Assembly (NCBI RefSeq): GCF_004010195.1
Contig: NC_057758.1
Location: 6,520,642 to 6,540,641, forward strand
Source of the DNA: Chiloscyllium plagiosum
Lineage: Eukaryota
Reading direction: 5' to 3'
Length of the DNA: 20,000 bases
Below the pieces are notes generated by a model. It searched no databases and was not told the DNA's origin. It saw only the letters and a program-made list of their open reading frames with translations. Shown here one piece after another: positions 10,176 to 20,000 of this stretch (its first letter is position 1; every line of letters starts with the position of its first letter). Both the position numbers and the translations under genes were made by a program.

Positions 10176-10594
10176 ATCGGTTAATAGACCAGTCAAGGAG
10201 AATGTTGGCCGATAATTCAAAGAGAATAGTGTGCATAATTAAGTTGATCAAATTATACAAGATATGAGTCACACCACTGCTCTAATTTTGCAAACAGACT
10301 TTTTTAATCGCTATTTTAAAGAAAAAGTGTGCTTAATGGTTGGGCCAGAATTTATTACTCATCTCTACTTTCCATCTGTCCATTGCCTACGCATTAAATA
10401 TATATTCAACGTTGTCAGCTCTGGTCAATGATTCAAAACAGGTCATCTTTCAAACGAACATAACGAGCACGCTCCCAATACACGAGAATGGAAGACCTTG
10501 GACGGTGGGATTGACATTGCTTTTGAAGGTGGTTGACATGTAACGTTTGCATTTTTAATCTGTCCAAAACATTAATCATAAAGTAACTTATGGT

Positions 10595-10737
10595 GGACGC
10601 TGGAAATCTGAAATAACGCCCTAAAAATGCTTCAGAAAAGAATTCTACACTGGAATGATTAGTGTTTTCTTTCCTCCCTCAATTGACGCTATTCGACTTG
10701 ACGTGAATTCCACGGATTTCGGGTGTAGTTTTCAGCA
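10595..10737. mobile_element. Possible older PLE-derived palindromic remnant
   Basis: gctggaaatctgaaa...ttttcagc ends resemble another shark PLE-derived short element; highly degraded. Confidence 0.35.
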
Positions 10738-11312
10738 GATAACCGTAGTTAAATCATCTTAAAGTTTCAGTGCACATCTCTGATCACCATTTCCCTAATG
10801 CCTTTCAAACTGTATGTATTTTTATCTTCCTCATTTTAATCTGTCCACCACATGTAATGTATCCAAATCATTTCATACTGATCATTTCTTCCTCCGTGTC
10901 TCTTGATTACTTTCTCCATTTGGAAGAAAGGTAAATATAGACATACGTACAGTAAGATCCAGTCTTTAACTGACTCCTCTTCTACACGTGTGTTTGCAAT
11001 GATTGAATGGCTTTTCCAGCAAAAGATTTCCGAATTTTGTGACCGTATAGCCTACTTTGAATTGAGTGTTTGATTTAAGTTGTATGCTGCACACCTAGAA
11101 TTTATAACCTGGTTTGCCTGAACCATGGAACATGATTTGAAGTCAATACATTTGATTTTCTAGTTGTTCGGATTACTCTAATTTAATAGTTTGACACTCA
11201 AATAGATTACTAATATCACTGAAGCGGTTTCTCAATACAAAAGTGGCTTGCATTGAAGAAATTTCTATTTTTCAGCAGTAAACATCAGTGAGTCCACAAC
11301 ATCAGTGCCTAC

Positions 11313-11382
11313 TTCAAGTATTCAGTAATTTTCCAGGTAGAGGGTATGTTTTACCCTATACTTGCAGCTGTTGGTGTTACTT
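11313..11382 (+). pseudogene. GPR139-like: Degenerate first coding exon (N-terminus/TM1) of a shark GPR139-like GPCR
   Basis: Translates FKYSVIFQVEGMFYPILAAVGVT, matching the family motif QIExIYYPILAAVGVP. No in-frame ATG between the upstream stop (11289) and this motif, only an internal Met at 11346; expected phase-1 GT donor reads GCAAAA. Confidence 0.75.
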
Positions 11383-12149
11383 GCAAAACTATCACTCTAG
11401 TGTTGGTTACATAAGATAATATTTAACTGTGTTGTAATGTTCATGAATAAAATTTAACATGTTTGCCAGGATTTACTCATTTCTAAGCCAAGTCATTCTC
11501 CCAGAGGCTGGACGCAAAAATCTTTTCTTGTTTTGCTCGGACTACAGAAATCTGACAGATCAATAAACACTATGGAAGTTCTGTAATTCCAAAATAAAAC
11601 AATTGCTCCAAATTATTTCAATTCTTACATATTATGGCATATATTGGTTGAAACAAAATACTTGAATTGATTGATATGCATCCTTGAAGGCTTTTGAAAT
11701 ACATAAATGATATGATTTAATATCAACGTAAGTCACGAGGTGATTATCTTTTCTTTATCATCATATTTTATGTGTCCCCTGACCGCCATGCATAAATATA
11801 CCTGCCAGTCTTGATGATCTATTGAACCCGTTCTCATTTGCCACAGTTTTGACTGACTGCAATCTGAGTACACTGCATAGTAAAGTTTACTTTAGCTATT
11901 TTTTGTTATATAATCCTACACTGAGAGATACAAGAAGTTAGGTTTAGAAACATCGGGATAAGTGATTTATTTTTATTTCCACCAGGTAAAAATAGTGTGA
12001 CGTCTTATTATCTTGGATCAGTATTCACACTGCATTATATCTGATGATACATACAATATAAATCTCGAACATGAACATTCGAATTATTTTATAATCCGTT
12101 GGAAAATATGTGCTTTATTCGATCTGTGGTTATTTGGGTGAAGCATTTA

Positions 12150-12330
12150 CATGTTGATCTTGCCACATCTTGCTTTGTGTGTTGTAAACTGCATGGGTTA
12201 CTCTGTCCAGTTTATTTTCACTCTATCATCTGCATGTAAGATTTCACTCTATGGTCTGCTTCTACTGATCACAAAAAATCTTTTCACCATATTTAGTTAC
12301 ACGGGAAAATAAATCAAATCAATTCAAATC
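12150..12330 (+). mobile_element. Rex1/Babar-type LINE 3' end
   Basis: ctatggtctgcttctactgatcacaaaaaatcttttcac...aataaatcaaatcaattcaaatc is the reverse of the 3' end at 13865-13960. Confidence 0.7.
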
Positions 12331-12339
12331 ATAGACTGT

Positions 12340-12979
12340 TGAGAAGAAATCGGAATATTACTGTTAAGGTGCAAAATCACGGTACTTTCTCAGGAAAAAA
12401 AGAGGTTTCAAACACAAGATACCATGAATTGAGCGTAAACGACTGACAGCAATCGCAGCATCCTACAACCACAATTGCTATTCTCAGCCTGTAGTATCTG
12501 GACTTTATGTCAGGCCAGAAATGTGTGTAAATCCATCAACTGTGAAAGCAACCGAGAACCAAACACAACAGGGCAGGGCCATAAGAAACAGAACAATTCT
12601 GAATGCACACAGAGGGTGGATGTCCAAGAATGCAACGGGGCAATGAATATTGTTAATTCTGTCCAGCAGAACATTGCAAATGATAAGTATTAGATCTGTT
12701 CCTGTCAATGCCAACAAGCAGCAAGTCACAGGCAGCATCCGAGGAACAGGAGAATCGACGTTTCGGGCAAAAACTCTTCTTCAGAAATTCCGAAAGAAGG
12801 GCTTATGCCCGAAACGTCGATTCTCCTGTTCCTCGGATGCTGCCTGATTTGCTGCGTTTTTCCAGCAACACGTTTTCAGCTCTGATCTCCAGCATCTGCC
12901 GTCCTCACTTTCTCCTCTAACATTTAGCTTAATTTTCTTCAATGTTCAAGAGAAAGAATTGCATATACCGTGAGGCTGA
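12340..12979 (-). pseudogene. GPR139-like: GPR139-like GPCR pseudogene, main exon (TM1 end to ECL2), interrupted by a PLE insert
   Basis: LALTGTDLILIICNVLLDRINNIHCPVAFLDIHPLCAFRIVLFLMALPCCVWFSVAFTVDGF (TM2-TM3, DRF>DGF); stop at 12505; frameshifted RYYRLRIAIVVVG...WYLVFE...VP*FC; upstream of the PLE, AILS at ~12951-12962. Confidence 0.85.
12717..12916. mobile_element. Palindromic PLE-derived insert with hammerhead motifs, inside the GPCR pseudogene
   Basis: Perfect 41-bp inverted repeat 12729-12769 / 12806-12846; minus motif CTGAAGA-A-GAGT-TTTT-GCCC-GAAACGTC (12757-12784); plus motif with damaged core (12790-12818). Confidence 0.85.
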
Positions 12980-13409
12980 TCAGACAGTTTCAGCTTACAC
13001 AATGATTCCGCATGATAATGTGTCCCTTCCTGTTTCAGCTGCCATAAACATATATGTAATCTTGCCCTGAAATATGGATAGGGAGACTCAGTAAATAAAT
13101 AATTCATCATCTAACAACCTGTTGAACTTACAATAAATGAAAATGAAAATTAATTACATCAGTGAATTGTTTAGTGACCATAGTCGCGTGGAACTTCATT
13201 TAAGACTTACTTTAGATCCTTTACGAATCCCAGCTAATTCAGGAGATGTAGCCTTAACTTTATTTACTAAAGCAGTATTTTCCTCTATTTCTCAACTCCA
13301 ATCATAAGTGTTCCAATGGAAGTAGAATAAAATAAAATGGGATAATGCACTAAGTTTACCCAGAACTCTTGTACATCGTGTTTGGAAACCTGGCTCTTTG
13401 ATTCCCTGG

Positions 13410-13865
13410 CAAATTGAAACTGTGACCATCAGTCGAGAAAGGTGAAGCCTTCCAAACTTGCCATTTGTTACTTTTTGGCAATGCCAGCCACACATCTAAT
13501 ACTTGTCATTTTCAATGTCCTACTGGACAGAATTATCATTATTAATACCCCAATTTCATTCATTGACATCACTCTTCTGTAAGCTTTCAGAATTGCTCTG
13601 TTTCTTATGACAATGCCCTGTTCTGTTCACATTTGCTTTCATATTTCATCGCTTTCCCCTCATTTCTGGTCACAAATTAAAGTCAAGATACGACATGAAG
13701 AGAACAGCGACTGTGGTTATTTGATACTGCAAGTGCTGTCAGTTGTTTCTGGTCAATTCCTGATAACTTGCATTTGAACCTGCTGTTGTTAGTAAAAATG
13801 TCTTTTAATGTTGCAGCTGAACACTACAATATTACTCCACTTTCTTCTGGACTATAATTTGACTT
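13410..13865 (+). pseudogene. GPR139-like: GPR139-like GPCR pseudogene, main exon (TM1 end to start of TM5), cut by a Rex1 insertion
   Basis: With frameshifts: TVTISRER*SL-KLAICYFLAMPATHLILVIFNVLLDRII...FRIALFLMTMPCSV-AFIFHRFPLISGHKLKSRYDMKRTATVVI...AVSCFWSIP...FEP...QYYSTFFWT; stops at 13443 and 13580. Confidence 0.85.
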
Positions 13866-15003
13866 GATATTATTTTATTTTATTTTATTTATAATCCTGC
13901 TTAACTGAGCAGAGCGAAATGGCTTTTTGTGAACAGCACAGGCATATCATAGTAATCAAGGATATATAGATGATAGAATGAAAAAAAAACACTGGACAGA
14001 TAAAGCCATGCGACACACAAAACATCCGCGAGGCAAGGTCAACATTAAAACGTTGAGCAATAATTGGAGTTAAAGACTTCATTAATCAGTCTAATAAGAG
14101 CAGAGAAGAAGCGACACTTGAACACGTCAGTTCGTGTTCTCAAACTTCTGTACCTTCTGCCTGGCAGAAACGGTTGCCGGAAAGTATTTCTGACTGGTTT
14201 GGGTCTTTCATGACGTTGGCAACTTCTCCGTGGAAACGAGACTTGACGATAGAGTCTATAAATGGGAGATTGGATTCCGGGATGATCTCAGCTGTGCACA
14301 CGTCCTACTGTAGTTTCTTCAGGTTCTGCGCAGAGCAGTTGCCGTATCAGGCCATTCTGCACCCGGCAGTATGCTCTCTATGGTGCATCTGTAAAGGTTG
14401 GTGAGGGTTGTTTTGGACATGCCAATTTTTTTGCGCCGCCTGAGGAAGAATTGATGTTTTGACATCTTCTTGACATTCTCATCTACGTGGGAAGTACAGG
14501 ACAGATTGTCGGTTATCATCACTCTGAGGAACTTGAAGCTCTCAACTCTCTCAAACTCCACTCAGTTAATATAGATACGATTGTGTTCTCCTCTTTTTTT
14601 CTGAAGTCCGTTGTCAGTTCATTAGTTTTACTAACATTGAGAGAGATAGTTATCATTGTACCACGTAACAAAACCCTCGATCTCTTTTCTTTCTTCTGAG
14701 CTCTCATCGTTGTTTGATATCTTTCCGAGCGTGGTCATCTCGTCAGCAAACGTGGAGATGGCGTTCGTTCTGCACATGTCGTGGATGTGCAGGGAGTATG
14801 GTAGGGGCGGAGAACACATCTTTCTAGGCGCCAATATTGAGTGTTTTGACGGAGGAGATACAGTGGGCTATCTTCACTGATTGCCATCTCTGGTCAGGAA
14901 GCTCAGTATATAGTCAGAAAGGGTGGTGCTGAGGTCTTACCTCTGAATTTTTAGATCTGTCTTCTTTGGCAATGGTGTTGAACACACGGCTGTCGTCAAC
15001 ATT
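13865..15003 (-). mobile_element. Rex1/Babar-clade LINE, 5'-truncated and degraded
   Basis: Minus ORFs STFADEMTTLGKISNNDES, LNVSKTNELTTDFRK and ERVESFKFLRVMITDNLS...FFLRR...LYRCTIESIL are Rex1 RT C-terminal motifs; the 5' end falls at the DYSSAFNTI-like motif near 14970-15000. Confidence 0.9.
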
Positions 15004-15817
15004 CACATTGTGAAGATAACACATCCCTCATATTTTCTTTGGAACACAGAAATATCCAAACATTCAGTGCTCTCAGATTATGGAACATGAATGATATTTG
15101 CATCCGCCTCTCTTTTATTCTTTCCGCAATACACCATTCGTTGATATAGTTTTCACATCTATTTGTAAGTCTACTGTAAAGAAAATTTGTCAACAGCTAA
15201 GAAATCGACATCAACAAAATCTGAAGCATGAATAACAAATAGCTTAAGGAAGAACTGATTCGATTTTCGCAACGATTTGAGCTTGACTTCTGGAATCTAA
15301 TGTAAGACGAGCTACCATTGGCGGAATTGGACAAATTTGCTTACTTTATCAGCGTCGTGATTTGATTGAAAAACTTAGTATCTCCCACATTCAGTCGAGA
15401 AATTGCATGACTAACAAAAAAGCTGAATAACATTAATTGTTCAACCTTGCCACATTAGAGAATGAGTAAAGGAGACAATTCTTGACGTGAATTCACACTT
15501 ATTACTGAGTAAATGAATTTGTAATTTCATACAAATTAAATGAAGAGCAAAAAAGTGCACAGCAAATCTTCGCCCCAAATACTTACAACAATCACAAAAA
15601 CAGAATCATAATCACAGAACCCTTGCTCTTATAAAGTGATTCAACAATTGAATAACAAGATTAGGTGGCAGGCCGGCAATATTAATAGGTCACATATAAT
15701 TGCATGATGCTTCCACAATTAAGAAGTCAGATTCTACAATCAATTCAGTCTTTAACATTGGTTAGAATATATAAAATTCAGTTAAATGAGACTATGACAT
15801 TATTGCAGATAGTGGAG

Positions 15818-16048
15818 ATTGGAGCGACATTGCGGCTCAGAATTTAATACTGCTGCCTCCCAGCATCAGGAGCCCGTATTCAATTTCACTCTGTGTGGAA
15901 TTTGCATTGTCTCCAGCGTGTTCTGTTTTCCTTCCACAGTCGAAACATGCCCTGTTTTGATATATTGCGAAATGCGTGGTTTGGGTGGCTCTGCCCGGTT
16001 TGCCCTTCAAAGGATCGGTCTGGACATGATGGGACGAATGGCGTGATT
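15818..16048 (+). mobile_element. tRNA-derived V-SINE (HE1-like), degraded
   Basis: A-box-like gcggctcagaatt, actgctgcctc, B-box-like gtattcaattt, V-core ctgtgtggaatttgca, CR1-like tail ggacatgatgggacgaatggc. Confidence 0.7.
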
Positions 16049-16904
16049 CGAGCAGTTTAGGTACGATGTGATAATACTAGCACTAATGGGAATACGGAAC
16101 GTTTTTACATGGATCATGAACAGTGCACAGGTCTTTATGAATGAAGCCCTGATACAAAGGAAATTGCGAATAAGTGGTGATTGCAATGATATTATCAAGA
16201 ACCCATGGACCACAGAGGACGTATTCGGCCCTTGCACCGGACCCTGGATCCCACGAGAAAGTGGGAGAGACAGATAGGCAGAATGATAGTAAAGCAGGGT
16301 AAACGATCGCCTCCAAATTTTCAGTCCACAAATTTATACATCCTGCAACATTTTGCATAATCGTAGACAATATTTTCTCAGCTCCCACATAATTTACAGC
16401 CCCCATTCTTCCAAGCTTAAACTCTGCACTTCATTCTCTGTGTAACCCCCCCGACCATGCAACTTCCTACTTTTCCTCACACTCTGTGTGCCCCCAAAGT
16501 ATTACTGTCTCAGTTTTGCAGTCCCGTAATTTTGCAACCAACATGAATTTATTTTGTGTGTCATATAGCTTTATTTTTACAGAGCGTTTGTACTCTTAGT
16601 GCTGCATTTTCCCCAGTTTTACATCTCGCCTCCCTAAGTTTTGCCCGCTTCCCCAATGTTGTGTCTGCTCAAAAATGTCCTTGCGGAAATATTGCTCATC
16701 CTTCCGAATATTTCCCTTTGAACATTACGCCCAAATGTTTTGCCCAATTTAAAACTTTACTACCTCTTAGTATTGCAACTGATTTCCTTCATCTATTTAC
16801 TATCCATGCACACCGTATCCATATCACTCTTTCCCCATGCCTGACCTACAGTATGTAAAAACACCTTTGTATTTCCACACTCGCCACTGCTCCATTTGTT
16901 TGGT

Positions 16905-17135
16905 CGCAAGCAGATAAATGGAGTGAGAGGGACGGACAGACACGGAGATGGTGGAAGAAAAAGAAGGCAGATAATTTAGAGAGGAGGAAGAGTAACATCG
17001 CAAAAGAGGAAGTGAATCAGATAGAAAAACATAGTTACATATGTTAATGACCAGATAAAGTGAGAGAAAATTAATGTGGAGAGACAGATTAAAAGAGAGA
17101 GAAAGAGAAGAAGTGGGAGTGAAATCCCGGGAAGG
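16905..17135. repeat. GA-rich low-complexity tract
   Basis: Purine-biased GAGA/GAAA stretch. Confidence 0.55.
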
Positions 17136-17351
17136 GAGATATTTCTTCAGTACTTGCCCCTCAGAAGGCAACATTCAGTCCGTGCATACTCTCCACCCAT
17201 CCTCCACCTTTCCGTTTCTGCACACTCTCCCTGTCAATCTTTTGCCCCACGCAATACGCCTCTCTGTCAGTCCTCCGTGGAGCACACTCCAATCACATCG
17301 ATCACGCAGTCACTCATGGGTCGGGATCAATGCCACATTATACTGATCTAT

Positions 17352-18179
17352 CAGGCGTTCACGCAGATGGATCCACCCCCGACCACATCAATCACACAGT
17401 CATGAAGTATCCATCCCCAAACAATCCCATTCTTCCTCTGCTAATTTCGAAATTGGATATTGTTTCTGATCATGTGGAATCTTTTTGGATTAAGCTGACA
17501 TACACCAAGATACAAATATAGTAGAAAGTCTGGAATCGTTTTGTTGGTAGTGAGACTTCTCAGGTCTTTATTTCAATTCCAACCAACACTTATTCCACTT
17601 CTTCCCGTTTGATACCAATTCTAATTTCTCCTGTAAATCATGGTTCTGTCATGATTTGCAAATATGCAAGACATGATGCTGCAGTTCATCCATGCGGTGT
17701 TAGGATGCCTTGTCATACTTTTACATATACATTTCAGTTATATTCCCCAATCTCACATCGCCATCCAGGCGTTCACGCAGATGGATCCACCCCCGACCAC
17801 ATCAATCACACAGTCATGAAGTATCCATCCCCAAACAATCCCATTCTTCCTTTGCTAATTTCGAAATTGGATATTGTTTCTGATCATGTGGAATCTTTTT
17901 GGATTAAGCTGACATACACCAAGATACAAAAATAGTAGAAAGTCTGGAATCGTTTTGTTGGTAGTGAGACTTCTCAGGTCTGTATTCCAATTCCAACCAA
18001 CACTTATTCCACTTCTTCCCGTTTGATACCAATTCTAATTTCTCCTGTAAATCATGGTTCTGTCATGATTTGCAAATATGCAAGACATGATGCTGCAGTT
18101 CATCCATGCGGTGTTAGGATGCCTTGTTTTACTTTTACATATACATTTCAGTTATATTCCCCAATCTCACATCGCCATC
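17352..18179. repeat. Direct tandem duplication, 2 x 414 bp (17352-17765, 17766-18179)
   Basis: Copies align without gaps with about 6 substitutions by eye; duplicated ORF translations (17609.. and 18023..) confirm it. Confidence 0.95.
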
Positions 18180-19060
18180 ATGTATCTCATACCGTTGGCC
18201 TTTACTCCATTGAGATACGGAATCTCGCCATAGAGTTAAATATGTTACTCTTCATAGTTGCCATTAATTCTCAAGGAATGTCAGACAAAAATATTATTAA
18301 TTATCATTCTCATTATCCAGCACCCATACTGGGCTGTCCTGTTTTCTCTTGGATTCCTCAAACTACGAGTTATGGAACGATGCTGTCTCAACTCCAGGAA
18401 TTCCTCCTCTATGGAAACGTGACTCATTGATTTTGCCAATCCGGATGCAGATTAAAGAGATCAATCATTGTACATTATTCTTTCTAAAATTGCTCTTACT
18501 TTTAATTTCCAGTTTCAGGTCACTCACTAGCAACAAAACGATTCCAGACTTACTATTATTTTTGTGTCTTGGTGTATGTCAGCTTAATCCAAACAGATTC
18601 AACATGATCGGAACCAATATCCAATCCCACTATTATATTAATTACATCATTATCAAACAATTGAGCTCCATTCATTTTGTTGTGAATGCTCTGGCAGGAA
18701 ACCACGAGCCATTTCGGCCTATTTTCTTTGAACATAATGTGTCAGTTTCGTTGTTTTTTTTTACTGTGGGTTTTTTGAAAATGGCTTTTGGTTTTACTCA
18801 CTCACTTCTCTTATTCACCATTCTTTCTTGTCTCTTCTCCAAGATTCCCAATCCGCTTACTTCTTGCATAGTTTCCAGTCCCCCTGTCATTTTTAGTTTA
18901 AGTCTTCACAATCGCTGTCACAAAAAATCCCTTTCAGACATCAAGTCCAAATCTCTCTTTCAGAAATTTGTTGCCTGGCCCTCTGAGGAGAGGGAAGCAT
19001 TGTAATGTGCAAACTTGTGACCCTTTGGATAATATTGTTCAAATCTGCATTCCCCTGAGA
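17970..19060 (-). mobile_element. CR1 LINE 5'/central fragment (ORF1 end, ORF2 APE endonuclease and tether), degraded
   Basis: Minus strand encodes DIGSDHVESVWIKL, FNLHPDWQNQ, EEEFLE and PxFTGEIR; ORF1/ORF2 junction-like cccctgtcatttttagtttaa near 18880. Confidence 0.75.
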
Positions 19061-19139
19061 TTTTTTTTTTAAATACTGACAGTTTGTTTCTTGTCTGGGA
19101 TATTCCAAATGAAACGGATAATGCATGGATTGATTGATC

Positions 19140-19841
19140 AGTGAGGTTTTTGATCGATTTATCTGTAAAGGAATGATTCAACATATTCTTCAACTGCCCG
19201 CTGAACTTAGTCTGCATAACAGAATAGATCGCGGTGTTTGTGCAGCAACTGGGAAGCTGTAAAATGCAACCTAATTCCAACATGTACCAATGTGAATAAA
19301 CAGACTGAAATCCAAAATGATGCATACTTATACAAATAGAAAACATAGTGAACATTGAATATAACAGAATGAAATTATTTCCGATAACGAGTAAAATATG
19401 AGATTTTCTTCGAATCTCAGTCTCTGCATGTCGACAATTCTCGTCTCTGCTATAAGCCCAGAGACTCCTGCTGGCTCTAATTGTCACTAAATTTACCTGA
19501 CAGTGAAAACATTGAACAACCGAATCAGTGAAAATGCGAGAGTTGGCCTTAAGATGTGGTGAAAAAATTTGATTGTGACCGAGGCATGAGACAATGGAAC
19601 GTTGTCATTATTACACAAAACCAGAGATTTTCCAAGGAAAATGGCGTGAACATTCACACATGGTATGGAGAAGAAGAAATAAAATTATTCCCGATAAATA
19701 ATCGGAATATGTCTCAATGTCTGGTCGAGGATAATTCCCAGTACATCAGCCAGAAACATGACCATCATAAAACGACTGACGTTTGGAGATAATCCACAGT
19801 TTTTTTTACATGAAACAGGACGAACATCGTCACTACATTAA
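19140..19841 (-). pseudogene. GPR139-like: GPR139-like GPCR pseudogene, main exon, with internal TM3-TM4 deletion
   Basis: Acceptor ttttcttcgcAG before 19841, then (V)NVVTMFVLFH-NCGLSPNVSRFMMVMFLADVLGIILDQTLRHIPIIYRE*FYFF...NVHAIFL / LWFC...FNVFTVR* / RRKSHILLVIGNNFILL...MLELGCILQLPSCCTNTAIYSVMQTKFSGQLKN; stops at 19685 and 19493, several frameshifts; first exon lies outside the window. Confidence 0.92.
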
Positions 19842-20000
19842 CTGCGAAGAAAACAAGAAAACCACGTCAAAGTCGTGGTAAGTCACCATTTGATTGCAAG
19901 TTTGTTCAGAGTTTCAATTGAATCAATGCTTTGGTCAGACTTTTGGACTTTAAAAAGGAAATGAGCGTGCCTTAATTTTGTAACAATTTGCAGACAAAAA

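Noticed and set aside
11950..12150. Possible C-terminal part of the minus-strand GPCR (HIFQRII...SRFIL...)
   Set aside because: Similarity too weak; an equally vague TM6-like reading exists on the opposite strand.
14996..15700. Minus-strand GPCR-like phrases (NFLYSRLTN, LNVWIFLCSKENMRDVL, EDLLCTFLLF)
   Set aside because: No TM3 motif or consistent TM spacing, many stops, and it conflicts with the better-positioned + strand continuation.
18349..19005. Longest ORF (218 aa, +)
   Set aside because: Antisense to degraded CR1 ORF1/ORF2 sequence, non-ATG start, no recognisable domain.
18960..19487. 175-aa minus ORF as a functional gene
   Set aside because: It is only the TM6-TM7 part of the pseudogene, preceded by stops, frameshifts and a deletion, and reads through into CR1 sequence.

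Overview
Eukaryotic, repeat-dense DNA. The repeat families and GPCR type point to a cartilaginous fish, probably a carpet/bamboo shark (inferred from recalled family sequences, not a database search). I found no intact protein-coding gene. The window holds a decayed cluster of shark GPR139-like class A GPCRs: an orphan first exon (+, ~11313-11382), two same-subfamily main exons head-to-head (-, ~12340-12979; +, ~13410-13865) and a third-subfamily copy with an internal TM3-TM4 deletion (-, ~19140-19841). Most of the rest is decayed retroelements: CR1/HER1-type LINEs, a second CR1/L2-group LINE, Rex1/Babar and a V-SINE. There are also four or five palindromic Penelope-derived inserts, several with minimal hammerhead ribozyme motifs and target-site duplications, an old ~54-bp minisatellite hit twice by CR1 at the same motif, and a nested inverted-plus-tandem (414 bp x2) duplication. 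Boundaries were read by eye and are approximate.
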